A stretch of 64,000 bases of DNA, taken from an uncultured Gemmatimonadales bacterium. Its GTDB lineage: Bacteria > Gemmatimonadota > Gemmatimonadetes > Gemmatimonadales > GWC2-71-9. The position numbers were made by a program, and so were the translations under genes. The notes under the pieces are model-generated. The model was not told the DNA's origin. It did no database searches and saw nothing but the letters and a program-made list of their open reading frames with translations. Shown piece by piece: positions 10,041 through 19,110 of the stretch (the first letter of the stretch is position 1; the number at the start of each line of letters is the position of its first letter). The stretch spans positions 1,952,001 to 2,016,000 of the forward strand of contig CAVZZO010000001.1 of NCBI GenBank assembly GCA_963779755.1, in the 5' to 3' direction.

Positions 10041-12051
10041 CGATAACGGTACGGATCGCGTGTACGGCCCTGCCGGGAACCAGCTCGCCGGACAGCCGCA
10101 GGTAAGAGGCGGGAGCGCGCCGCGAATAGCCCGCACTGTACCAGCCGTCGAGGGCTTCCCAGCGTGCCGTGATGCCGTGGAGCGACGCCTGGCCGGTGAG
10201 GATCGCCCCTTGGCTCGCGACCCGCCAGGTCTCCGCAGTTACTTCCTGCACCGCCACGCCGGGCGCGAGCGGCAGCGTGAGGCAGATCGGCAGCCGGCTG
10301 GCGTGGCCCCGGCAGGGCTGGAGCAGGTCGAGCACGATCCAGCGGCGCGTCCCCGGACGGTGCGCGATGCGCCGGATGTGGCGGAGGTGAAACGGCGCCC
10401 GCTGATAGCCGGTATGGCTGCCCCGGAAGACCCAGGTGCCGCCCTGCTGCCGCAGCGCGCGGTCCACCGGCCGGGCATCGGGGATGAGTCGGAAGGCGCT
10501 GGTATCAGAATAGCGGTTCTGTTCAGCGTGCCCCACCGCCACCGTGCTGTGCATCAGGGTGGAGCGGAAGTGCTGCCGCGCAGCTACGTCGCGGGTGTAG
10601 ACCCAGGTTCCGGGATCGGCGATGACCTCGCGGCCGTCGTGGAACAGCGTAAAGCTCAGCTTGTCGTTGTGGGCGTGCCCGCCGCGTCCGTTCTGGCCGT
10701 TCCAGCCGCACACCGCCACCAGTTCGGTCGCGCCGTCCGACAACCGGGCGATGCCCGCCGCGGGCAGGAACAGCGCCGCCCGGCCGGGCCTCCCCGTGGG
10801 GCCATTTCCCCGAACGGCGGGACCCCGCAGCCAGACGGTCTCGGGCGTGTCTTCCCGCGGCTCTCGCCCGGCGGCGGGCCCGAACAGCGGCACCAGATAG
10901 CTGAAATCCCGGGGATCCCTGGAATGGAGCACGTGCAGCCGCGCGTCGTCCGAGTCGCCGATCTGCGGCGCCTGCCCGCGGGCGGTGGTCAGCACGTCCG
11001 CCGCCTCCAGCATGCGCTCGAGCCGCTCCCGGAAGCGGCCGCGGGGCGCCTCGCGGTCGGCCAGCGCAGGATAGGCCAGCAGCTCCAGCGCCAGCCGATG
11101 GTAGCCGGCGGAAGATTCGAACGAGAATCCGTCGTCCAGCGTCTGCAGGACGATTTCCCGTTCCGCCTCCCGGCGACCCAGGGCGGCCCAGCGGGCGGCG
11201 GGAGGATAGACCGGGGCGAGGTGCCCGAGATAGGCCAGTCCGGCGAGATCGGCGAGATAATGATTGGAGCGAATCCCGTCGCGGTTCTCCAGGTTACGGA
11301 CGATGAACCGTCCGTGCTCCACCAGGCTGCGAAAGAGCGGCTCGGCGAGCGCATCCGCCGCCGGCGCATCGCGGATCATGTCCCACGTCGCGATCCAGTT
11401 CGCCGCCCGGATAGCGACGTCCATGGTGCTGACCCACTGGATGCCGTACCCCACCGGATTGTCCGCGATGAAGGAGCGGACCTGCCGGGCGATGGTATCC
11501 GGGTAGGCGGGGTTGTGGCGGAGCCGCCATGCCTGGGCCAGGGTCAGCAGATGCAGGCAGCGGCCCAGTTCCCAGGGCACTTTGGGATCGAGGCCCGGCT
11601 CCCGCCCGATGGCCAGCCCGGCGGACGGGACCGCAGGATCCCAGCCGCCCTGCGCGAACCAGTCCCGGTGCCAGTCAGGGGTCCCGCCCGGCCCGGCGAT
11701 CCGCACGTCGCGGCCGAACAGGCAGACCCGGCCGGCGCACAGGGCATCCGCCGTTGCCACGATCTGGCCGGCGTGGTCGGGGAAGATCCGTTCCAGCACC
11801 GCGGCCGTCCCGGGGCGGGCGCCGTACCAACCCAGGCCGGCGGCCCCTTCGCGCCACCGCTGGAGGGCACCGCGGCCCAGGCGCTCCCGCAGCGCGGCCC
11901 ACTCGCGCTCGTCCAGGCCGGCCCGCACTCGGCGCCGATGGCTGGCGCCCGAGCGCTGCTCCAGCTCGCGCCGCACCTTACCGCGCAGCAGTTCCAGGGT
12001 CATGCCGGGCCCCAGCAGGCGGGCCTCGCGCCATCCCCGGCGCCAGTCCAT
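10021..12051 (-). CDS. Heparinase II/III / alginate lyase-like protein
   Basis: DPKVPWELGR, MDVAIRAANW, SNHYLADL, ESSAGYH, GHAHND and DPGTWVY motifs. ATG 12051 overlaps the flippase stop. Confidence 0.85.
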   Translation of the reverse strand: MDWRRGWREARLLGPGMTLELLRGKVRRELEQRSGASHRRRVRAGLDEREWAALRERLGRGALQRWREGAAGLGWYGARPGTAAVLERIFPDHAGQIVATADALCAGRVCLFGRDVRIAGPGGTPDWHRDWFAQGGWDPAVPSAGLAIGREPGLDPKVPWELGRCLHLLTLAQAWRLRHNPAYPDTIARQVRSFIADNPVGYGIQWVSTMDVAIRAANWIATWDMIRDAPAADALAEPLFRSLVEHGRFIVRNLENRDGIRSNHYLADLAGLAYLGHLAPVYPPAARWAALGRREAEREIVLQTLDDGFSFESSAGYHRLALELLAYPALADREAPRGRFRERLERMLEAADVLTTARGQAPQIGDSDDARLHVLHSRDPRDFSYLVPLFGPAAGREPREDTPETVWLRGPAVRGNGPTGRPGRAALFLPAAGIARLSDGATELVAVCGWNGQNGRGGHAHNDKLSFTLFHDGREVIADPGTWVYTRDVAARQHFRSTLMHSTVAVGHAEQNRYSDTSAFRLIPDARPVDRALRQQGGTWVFRGSHTGYQRAPFHLRHIRRIAHRPGTRRWIVLDLLQPCRGHASRLPICLTLPLAPGVAVQEVTAETWRVASQGAILTGQASLHGITARWEALDGWYSAGYSRRAPASYLRLSGELVPGRAVHAIRTVIDVGTRS

Positions 12052-13376
12052 CAGGATTCCGCCCCGCCGGCCGGGGCGGCGTGCCGGACCAGATACCATC
12101 CGGTGCCCGCCACGCCCAGGGCCAGCAGCGTGAAGGAAATGAACGACGCGAGCCCCGCGCCTTCCAGCCCCATGCGGGGGAGCAGGAACAGCGTGGCGGT
12201 GATCTTGACGACCGCCGCGCCGACGGTGAGGGTGGCGATGACCCCGGTACGGCGCAGCAAGGCGTGCAGGTTGGCCAGCACCTGCACCGAGGCGTTGGCG
12301 GCGGCTCCCCATGCGATCCACCGGAGGGCCGGGGCGGCCGCGGCATACTGCGGGCCGGTCACCAGCCGGATCAGCGGGTCGGCCGCGAGGGTAAGCGCGG
12401 TGGCGGCCAGCAATACCAGCACCAGCGTGCCGCGATGAAACCGGGACACCAGCCGGGCGGCGGCGCCGATGCCCGAGCGCGCCTGGCGCTGGAACACCAT
12501 GGGGGGAAGGAGCGCGCCCAGCGGCACCACGATGAGCAGATTGGTGACGCCGCCCAGCCGGGCCGCCACGCCATACAACCCGGTGGATTCCAGGCCCAGG
12601 ATGCTGTTCACCAGATACCGGTCCACCAGGCCGAGTCCCCATCCGCTTACGTTGACCGCCACCAGCGGCAGGCCGTAGGCCAGCGCGGGGCGGAGGAACC
12701 GTTGCCAGTCCGCGGGCAGGCGGGGTCGGTCGCGCCGCACCAGCAGCCCCACCGTGGTTCCGCCCAGGGCGGCGCCCAGGCTGGCGAGTACGAAGCCGCG
12801 GATGCCCAGATGATGCACCACCAGGAGCAGCACCGCCAGCAGCGCGAGCAGCCCGCTCTGAACCGCCGCGAGCGAGGCGAAGCGTGCCGCATTGCCCGAA
12901 GCGCGCGCCGCCGCCTGCTGCAGGGCGAAGATGTTCTGGGCGACAAAATAGGCCAGGGCCAGCGCGACGATCTCGCCGCTGCGGCTGCCCAGGACAAAAT
13001 CCGAGAGGCCCGGCACCAGCCACATGGTGGCCATCAGCAGGGCGGCCGCACCCAGGCTGACCAGGCCGACCAGCGCGGTGATGGCGCCGATCATCCGTCG
13101 CCGGTCCGACTCGTCCCGGTAATCGTAATATTCGCGCACCAGCGCCGAGTTGAGCCCCAGCAGGGTGACGGCCGAAAAAAGGCTGTAGGCCGCCGTGATC
13201 AGGGTGAGCGAGCCGAACCCCGCCAGCGACAGCGTACGGGCATAGACCGGCAGCAGCACGAACCCCATGGCCGTGGGCCCGACGGCGCCGGCCCCATAGA
13301 GGCCGGCCCGCAGGAGATAGCGAGGCTGCAGCCAGGCCGGCCGGGGGCGGGGTGCAGAGGTGGTGGTATTATTCAC
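12051..13376 (-). CDS. Oligosaccharide flippase (Wzx, MOP family)
   Basis: About 12 hydrophobic segments, with LLPVYAR, VDRYLV...GLYGVA and GLEGAGLA motifs. Confidence 0.85.
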   Translation of the reverse strand: MNNTTTSAPRPRPAWLQPRYLLRAGLYGAGAVGPTAMGFVLLPVYARTLSLAGFGSLTLITAAYSLFSAVTLLGLNSALVREYYDYRDESDRRRMIGAITALVGLVSLGAAALLMATMWLVPGLSDFVLGSRSGEIVALALAYFVAQNIFALQQAAARASGNAARFASLAAVQSGLLALLAVLLLVVHHLGIRGFVLASLGAALGGTTVGLLVRRDRPRLPADWQRFLRPALAYGLPLVAVNVSGWGLGLVDRYLVNSILGLESTGLYGVAARLGGVTNLLIVVPLGALLPPMVFQRQARSGIGAAARLVSRFHRGTLVLVLLAATALTLAADPLIRLVTGPQYAAAAPALRWIAWGAAANASVQVLANLHALLRRTGVIATLTVGAAVVKITATLFLLPRMGLEGAGLASFISFTLLALGVAGTGWYLVRHAAPAGGAES

Positions 13377-13407
13377 CGCGGCTGTCCCTCATCCGTCCGC
13401 GAGCCAC

Positions 13408-14631
13408 ATGATGCCATCTGCCGGAGCCGTTGCCGAGCCATCCGTCTGCCTGGTGGGCGACCTCCCGCCGCCGCCGGGCGGGGTGGCCACCTACTGCCGC
13501 GCGCTGGCGGAGGAACTGGCGCATCGGGCGTGGGCGGTGCATCTGGTGGATACCTCGGGCGGCCGCGGCAAGTCGCTGCCCGCGGGCCTGCGGCGCTACG
13601 ATGCCATCACCCCGCTGGGCAGCCTGCTCTGGAGCATTCCCGGCGGCATCCCGGCGGGGCTGCACCCGGCAGCCTTTCGCGATCGGGTGCGCTTCCGCGC
13701 GCTGCGCGGCCGGCTGCGTGCGCTGTTGCGGCAGACCCCGTCTCAGCTGGTTCATGCCAACCACGCCGGGATCCGCAGCTGGGCGGCGCTCTGCGCATCG
13801 CGCTCGGCCGGCGTGCCGTTCGTCCTCACCATCCACGGGGCCGAGTTTTCGGCGGAGGCACTGGCACCGCTCCGTCCAGCCGCCGTGGCTCTGTGCCGGG
13901 CGGCCGATGCGATCATTGCCAACTCGGCGTTCACGGCCGGCGCCGCGCGCGCCTGCGGAGTCGACGCGCCGATCGAGATCATCCCCCTCGGCGTGGATAC
14001 CCGGCGCTTCCATCCCGGCCCGGTGCCCGAGCCCTTTCTGCAGCGCTACCGGATCGACCCCGCACGCCGGCGGATCCTCTTCGGCGGGTGGATCTCCCGC
14101 AACAAGGGGCCCGACGTGCTGCTGGCGGCGCTGCGCCTGCTGCCGCCGGCGGAGCGCGACGGGGTCGAGTGTCTCTTCGTCGGTCCGGATCGCGGATGGG
14201 GTGCGGAGCTGCGCTCGCAGATCGCCTCGTCCGGCCTGGACGGCGTGCGTCTGCTCGAGCCGGAGCGGCCGGAGGATTTCCCGCTGTTCTACCGGACGGC
14301 GGATGTCTTCGTTCTTCCTACCCGCGAGTACGAAGGGTTCGGCCTCGCGGCGCTGGAGGCGCTGGCCTCGGGTTGTGCCGTAGTGGCCTCGGATCTGGGT
14401 GGAATCCCCGAGGCGGTGGCGGGGAATACGGCCGCCCGGCTGGTGCCGCCCGGCGATGCCTCCGCTCTGGCCGGCGAGCTCCGGAGGCTGCTGGCCGACC
14501 GCGAGGCCCTCGCGGCATTGCGCGAGCGGGCGGCGGTTGAGGCGGCCGAACGCACCTGGGCGCGGGTGGCGGCGCATACCGAGGTGGTCTATCGGCGGCT
14601 GCTGGATGCTCCCTCCCGGCGCGCCCGATAG
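13408..14631 (+). CDS. Glycosyltransferase family 4
   Basis: PPPGGVA, TIHG, KGPD and EGFGLAALEALASG (EX7E) motifs. Start placed at ATG 13408/13411. Confidence 0.9.
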   Translation: MMPSAGAVAEPSVCLVGDLPPPPGGVATYCRALAEELAHRAWAVHLVDTSGGRGKSLPAGLRRYDAITPLGSLLWSIPGGIPAGLHPAAFRDRVRFRALRGRLRALLRQTPSQLVHANHAGIRSWAALCASRSAGVPFVLTIHGAEFSAEALAPLRPAAVALCRAADAIIANSAFTAGAARACGVDAPIEIIPLGVDTRRFHPGPVPEPFLQRYRIDPARRRILFGGWISRNKGPDVLLAALRLLPPAERDGVECLFVGPDRGWGAELRSQIASSGLDGVRLLEPERPEDFPLFYRTADVFVLPTREYEGFGLAALEALASGCAVVASDLGGIPEAVAGNTAARLVPPGDASALAGELRRLLADREALAALRERAAVEAAERTWARVAAHTEVVYRRLLDAPSRRAR

Positions 14632-14645
14632 CGCGCGCGGCGGCA

Positions 14646-15683
14646 TCAGGGCCGGGGCAGCCGGCCGAACAGCCGGGCCTGCGCCGAGGCGTGCAACCGG
14701 CGCAGCAGGGGTGAGGCGGTTCCGTCCAGCGGCTGGCTGATGGTCCGGAGCAGGGCCAGCGCCGTTCCAATGAAGGCGGACAGCACGGCCGTCAGGATGA
14801 CCGTGGCCCGACGCTTGGGCCAGCTGGGGCGCACCGGCAGGGAGGCGGGCTCCAGCACGGTGATGAGCGGTGTGCTGTTCACTTCTTCCAGCCGGGCATT
14901 GTCGAACTCGTGGCGCAGTCCGTCGGTGACCTCCTGCCGGCTGTCCACCCGGTGGGAGAGCCGCTGGTAGGTGAACGACAGCTCGGGGGAAGAGTAGACC
15001 TTGTTGCGCTTCAGGAACTCCTGCAGCGTGTCCTCCGCGGACCGGACCTCCTGTTCCGCCTCGGTCAATCGGGATTCCAGAAACTGCCGTTTGACGTGCG
15101 CCCGGGTTTGCCGGGTTTCGATGTTGTAGGTATTGACCGACTGCACCAGGGAATCGGTCAGCTCCTGCGCCAGAGCGGGGCAGGCGGCTTCGAGGACCAC
15201 CGTGACCACGCCGGTGTGCAGGTCCACGCCGGCGGACACCAGGTCGTTCAGCCGCTTGCGTCCCCGGAAGAGCGAGTCGGCGGGAGACCGGCCGCCGGCA
15301 TCCAGGAGTTCCAGGACCGTGGCGGCAGGCCGGCCGCAGGTCTCGCTGGGGCGGATGCGCAGCAGATGATCGAACACCGGCCGCGACTGGAGCAGCCGGA
15401 TATAGAAGGCCGGCGACTCGGCGCTGGCGCTCTTGAGGTTGAGCTGGCTGATGAGTCCCAGCACGGCCGAGGGCAGATTGATCCCCTCGCCCGCCTCGGG
15501 CACGAACGACGATTCCGACTGATAGCGCCGGGGTGTCAGCAGCACCACGATAACGGCGATGATCGTGGCGGCAATGGGAATGCCGAAGGCCAGCAGCGGC
15601 TGGCGCCGGGCGCCCTCCCAGGCGGCGGCAACCGTGCCGCTCAGGGAGGACAGCACGCCTTCGGGGCGGCGGTCGTCGGGCAT
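14646..15683 (-). CDS. Wzz/GumC-like polysaccharide chain-length determinant
   Basis: N-terminal TM followed by PRRYQS, a central coiled coil, and a Pro-rich segment (PASLPVRPSWPKR) before the C-terminal TM. Confidence 0.8.
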   Translation of the reverse strand: MPDDRRPEGVLSSLSGTVAAAWEGARRQPLLAFGIPIAATIIAVIVVLLTPRRYQSESSFVPEAGEGINLPSAVLGLISQLNLKSASAESPAFYIRLLQSRPVFDHLLRIRPSETCGRPAATVLELLDAGGRSPADSLFRGRKRLNDLVSAGVDLHTGVVTVVLEAACPALAQELTDSLVQSVNTYNIETRQTRAHVKRQFLESRLTEAEQEVRSAEDTLQEFLKRNKVYSSPELSFTYQRLSHRVDSRQEVTDGLRHEFDNARLEEVNSTPLITVLEPASLPVRPSWPKRRATVILTAVLSAFIGTALALLRTISQPLDGTASPLLRRLHASAQARLFGRLPRP

Positions 15684-15735
15684 TGCATCCGGGTGTTGTG
15701 GCAAGGTACAGGAAACTCGCTGCCAACGGCCCGGT

Positions 15736-16569
15736 TCACAAGCCTTCCCGCCGGAAGATTCCCAGGCGCATGTCGGCGCAGCGCGAGGCGTAGCGGGCGT
15801 GGAGGCGAGCCGCCGGCCCCTCACCGCGGCAGAGCAGGTAATCGTCGCTCCGCAACACCGGCGCTCCCGCCTGCGCCAGGGTTCGCTCCAGCCGGTCCCA
15901 CTCGATATGATCGTCGGGCCAGACGTGCAGGTCGCCGTCGGGCTGATAGCGCGGGTTGGTGAGACGGCGGAGCCGGAGCATCCAGCGCGCCGGCGACGCC
16001 AGACGCCGGAGCCGCCCGGCCGAGCCTCCCCGGGCCTGGAACTGGAGCCCGGTCAGCTCGCGCCGGTAGGCCTGCAGGTCAGGGCCGGGGGCCCAGTATG
16101 CCGGCCCCGCTTCGTGGTCGAGAAACAGCACCCCACCCGGCCGGAGTACCCGGACCATGTCGCGCGCGGCGGCAAGGTAGTCGGGAACGTGGTGCAGGAC
16201 CGAGTAGGCGCCCAGGAAGTCAAAGGCCTGGTCCGGCAGGCCGGCGAGATCGATACCGTTGAGAACGAAGCGCCGCTCCGCCGGCAGGCCCAGCCGGTCG
16301 CCGACCGCGGCGACCGAGCGTGGGGACACATCCGCCACCGTGACCTGGGCTCCCAGCGCCGCGAGCTGCTCGGCCAGGTTGCCGTCGCCGGTGCCGAAAT
16401 CGAGGCTGCGGGGCCGCTCGGAGCCGGTGGCGGCCAGCGCACCGGCCAGCGCCTTCCTCAGCCGGTGCTGCTCGACCTCGTTGTAGATCTCGGGATGGCG
16501 GGAGCGATAGGTGGCGACGCCCCGATCGTGCGCCGAGATGTTGTGCTGAATCCTGGCATCGCGGCGCAC
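15736..16569 (-). CDS. Class I SAM-dependent methyltransferase
   Basis: LDFGTGDG motif I, VADVS, FD...SVLHH and LRPGG motifs. Start approximate (GTG 16569). Confidence 0.85.
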   Translation of the reverse strand: MRRDARIQHNISAHDRGVATYRSRHPEIYNEVEQHRLRKALAGALAATGSERPRSLDFGTGDGNLAEQLAALGAQVTVADVSPRSVAAVGDRLGLPAERRFVLNGIDLAGLPDQAFDFLGAYSVLHHVPDYLAAARDMVRVLRPGGVLFLDHEAGPAYWAPGPDLQAYRRELTGLQFQARGGSAGRLRRLASPARWMLRLRRLTNPRYQPDGDLHVWPDDHIEWDRLERTLAQAGAPVLRSDDYLLCRGEGPAARLHARYASRCADMRLGIFRREGL

Positions 16570-16579
16570 GGGGACTCTG

Positions 16580-17080
16580 CTACTTCGCGGCCGTGCTGTC
16601 GCCGCCTGCCGCGGGCGGCGCGTTATCGCTGTTCCAGATGTCGGTAGCGGCATGCCACTCGCCGTTATCGCCCTTGACCCAGACCACCACATACTTGCCG
16701 TTGTCCTTCATCGGCTGCGGCCCGCCCGCGGAAAGTGTCCAGGTGCCCCGCTCGGCGGCCATGTCGCCGGAGCCGGCGACCTGGATGTCACCGGGAGTAA
16801 TCACCAGCTTCACATCGGGCAGCTGCCACAGGCCGGCCCAGAAGGCCCGGATACTGGCTGCGCCGCTCTGGCTCGGTTGGTTGGGCGGCATCAGGACGCC
16901 GTCGGCCGTGTAGAGCGCGGCGATCCCCGAGTCGTTCCGGGCGACGATCATCTGGTTCCAGCTCTGGTCCCGGTCGCGGATCGCCTGCTGGACGGCGGCG
17001 GTATCGACCGTCGGCCGGGGCTGCCCGCAGGCGGCGAGCAGCGCGAGCGCTGCTGCCCCGGCAAGGCGCGGGATACGCAT
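16580..17080 (-). CDS. NTF2-like (DUF4440/SnoaL-type) lipoprotein
   Basis: Lipobox LAAC, LYTADGVLMPPN and GKYVVVW...W...DIWN motifs. AGGAG SD upstream. Confidence 0.8.
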   Translation of the reverse strand: MRIPRLAGAAALALLAACGQPRPTVDTAAVQQAIRDRDQSWNQMIVARNDSGIAALYTADGVLMPPNQPSQSGAASIRAFWAGLWQLPDVKLVITPGDIQVAGSGDMAAERGTWTLSAGGPQPMKDNGKYVVVWVKGDNGEWHAATDIWNSDNAPPAAGGDSTAAK

Positions 17081-17137
17081 GGGATTGCTCCTGGGAAAGG
17101 GGTGAGGCGGAATAGTCGGCCCCATCCCGGCGGAGTG

Positions 17138-18814
17138 TCAAGCCGTGCCGTCGGGGCAGGCCGGCGCCGCCGCCCAGGCCTGCGCTGCGGCAAGAAAGGC
17201 GGCCAACGCTTCCCCGTCGCCGGCCTTCACGGCCTCGGTCAGCGCCCGCAGCACGTCCTGCAACGCCTGCAGGGCTGTCGCATCGGCCACCCGGTTGCTG
17301 CGCACCGCGCCGGCCCACAGCAGGGGGGAGCTCAGCGCCAGCCGCGTGGTGTCGCGGCCGCCCGGCCCCAGGGACGCCCGCGGCGTCCCCGCCTGCCGCA
17401 GGGCGAGCGCCAGGGCGGAAGCCAGCAACTGGGGCAGATGGCTGGTCCAGGCCATCTCCGCGTCGTGCTGCTCCGCCTTCATGCGCCGGCAGCGCGCCCC
17501 GAGGGCCAGCCACAGGCGCTCGGCCGAGGCAATACTGTGGGCGGCGCTCTGCGGGCCGGGGCAGATATAGACCGTCGCATTCTGAAAGAGTCCCAGCCGC
17601 GAGGCCTCCCAGCCCGAGCGGTGATCGCCGGCCAACGGGTGTGTCCCGACGAAATTGCCCAGGCCCAGCCGGGCGGCGGTCGCGACGATCTCCTGCTTGG
17701 TGCCCCCGACATCGACCACGGTATCGTAAATGCCGGTCCGGGAGGCATTGGCCTGGAGCCAGGCGGGGGCCGCCTCCGGCGGGATGGCGAGGATGAGCAT
17801 CTCGGCGCGGGCGTCCGGCTCGTCGCAGGTGATGATGCCCTCGGCCCGGGCCTGTTGCAGGGTCCCGGCATCGGCGTCTTCGCCCTGCACCCGGCAGCCG
17901 CGAGCCGCCAGCTCGCGGGCGATGGAACCTCCGATGAGGCCCAGCCCGACGATCCGCGCCGTCTCGAAAGGCCGCTCGGGCCGGCTGCCCCCGCTTCGGC
18001 CGAACCGGCCCAGCAGCCGGAGCGAGGTCGCCACGCGGTGCGCCCGCTCGACGGCCCGGTCCCAGGAGGCCTCATCGACGTTGGTATCCAGCTCGAGAAT
18101 GAAGCGGTAGGTCCAACGCTCCCGGGCCGGGCGCGCCTCCAGTCTGGCGAGATTGATCCCGGCATCGGCGAAGGGCAGCAGCAACGCCGCGAGTGCACCG
18201 GGGTGGTTGGCCGTCTCGGCCAGGAGTACGGCGCGGCCGGTGCTCGCGGAGCGAAGGGGAGCGGAGCCCGGTGGCCCGACCAGGTAGAAGCGGGTTTCGT
18301 TGTCGGAGCGGTCCTGGACCTCTTCCGCCAGCAGCGTGAGTCCATAGTGCCGGGCGGCTTTGCGGCCGGCCAGCGCCGCCAGCGTCCGGTCGCCCGATTC
18401 CGCGACGAGGCGCGCGGCGCCGGCCGTATCGGCTACGGCCTGTGCCAGGATGGCGGGGTGGCGCGCAAGAAACCGGGTACACTGACTCAGGGCGACGGGA
18501 TGCGAAAGGATACGGCGGAGGCCCGGCCATTCCGTACCGGGGAGCGCCGCGAGGCAAAGGGGGATGCGATGCGTGAACTCATCCAGAATGACCAGATCCC
18601 CGCCGGCAAGCAGATCGTAGACGTCGGCGATGCCGCCGGCGGTCGAGTTCTCCACCGGCAGGAGCCCGTACTCGGCTCCGCCGGAGAGCACCGTTCGCGC
18701 CACGGCGCCAAAGTCGGGGCAGGGCAGGGCCGTGGCCGAAGGCGCGGCGCCGAGAATCGCCTCCTCGCTGAACGCACCCGGTTCGCCCTGGTAGGCGATG
18801 CGTACCGCGCTCAC
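17138..18814 (-). CDS. pheA-tyrA: Fused prephenate dehydratase (PDT+ACT) - prephenate dehydrogenase
   Basis: AYQGEPGAFSE, PVENST, SHPVALSQC, NETRF and ACT PGAL..EARP, then GLGLIGGS, DVGGTK, HPLAG, HD...TSHLPQ and DTTRLA in one frame. GTG overlaps the upstream TGA. Confidence 0.9.
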   Translation of the reverse strand: MSAVRIAYQGEPGAFSEEAILGAAPSATALPCPDFGAVARTVLSGGAEYGLLPVENSTAGGIADVYDLLAGGDLVILDEFTHRIPLCLAALPGTEWPGLRRILSHPVALSQCTRFLARHPAILAQAVADTAGAARLVAESGDRTLAALAGRKAARHYGLTLLAEEVQDRSDNETRFYLVGPPGSAPLRSASTGRAVLLAETANHPGALAALLLPFADAGINLARLEARPARERWTYRFILELDTNVDEASWDRAVERAHRVATSLRLLGRFGRSGGSRPERPFETARIVGLGLIGGSIARELAARGCRVQGEDADAGTLQQARAEGIITCDEPDARAEMLILAIPPEAAPAWLQANASRTGIYDTVVDVGGTKQEIVATAARLGLGNFVGTHPLAGDHRSGWEASRLGLFQNATVYICPGPQSAAHSIASAERLWLALGARCRRMKAEQHDAEMAWTSHLPQLLASALALALRQAGTPRASLGPGGRDTTRLALSSPLLWAGAVRSNRVADATALQALQDVLRALTEAVKAGDGEALAAFLAAAQAWAAAPACPDGTA

Positions 18815-19110
18815 GCCTCTTCCACCTGGACCCCGCGGCACAGGCCGATCACCTGCCAGAGGAGCTGGCGCACCTCCTCCACCGGGAGGCCGGATTCCCG
18901 GGCAAAGACCGCCGCCCGCCGGACCACCGCCGCCTCCTGGGCCGGATCCACCAGGGGGAGCCGGGCGTTGCGCTTGATCTCCCCCGCCTCACGGGCCAGC
19001 GACATGCGTTCGGCGAGGAGCGTGAGCATCTGCCGGTCCAGTTCTTCGATCTCCACCCGCAGCTGCTCCAGGAGCTGCTGCGGCGCGGCACCGCTGCACC
19101 TGGTCGTCAT
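18811..19110 (-). CDS. Chorismate mutase (AroQ type)
   Basis: LRVEIEELDRQMLTLLAERM...GEIK...DPAQE pattern. Translationally coupled at both ends. Confidence 0.88.
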   Translation of the reverse strand: MTTRCSGAAPQQLLEQLRVEIEELDRQMLTLLAERMSLAREAGEIKRNARLPLVDPAQEAAVVRRAAVFARESGLPVEEVRQLLWQVIGLCRGVQVEEA

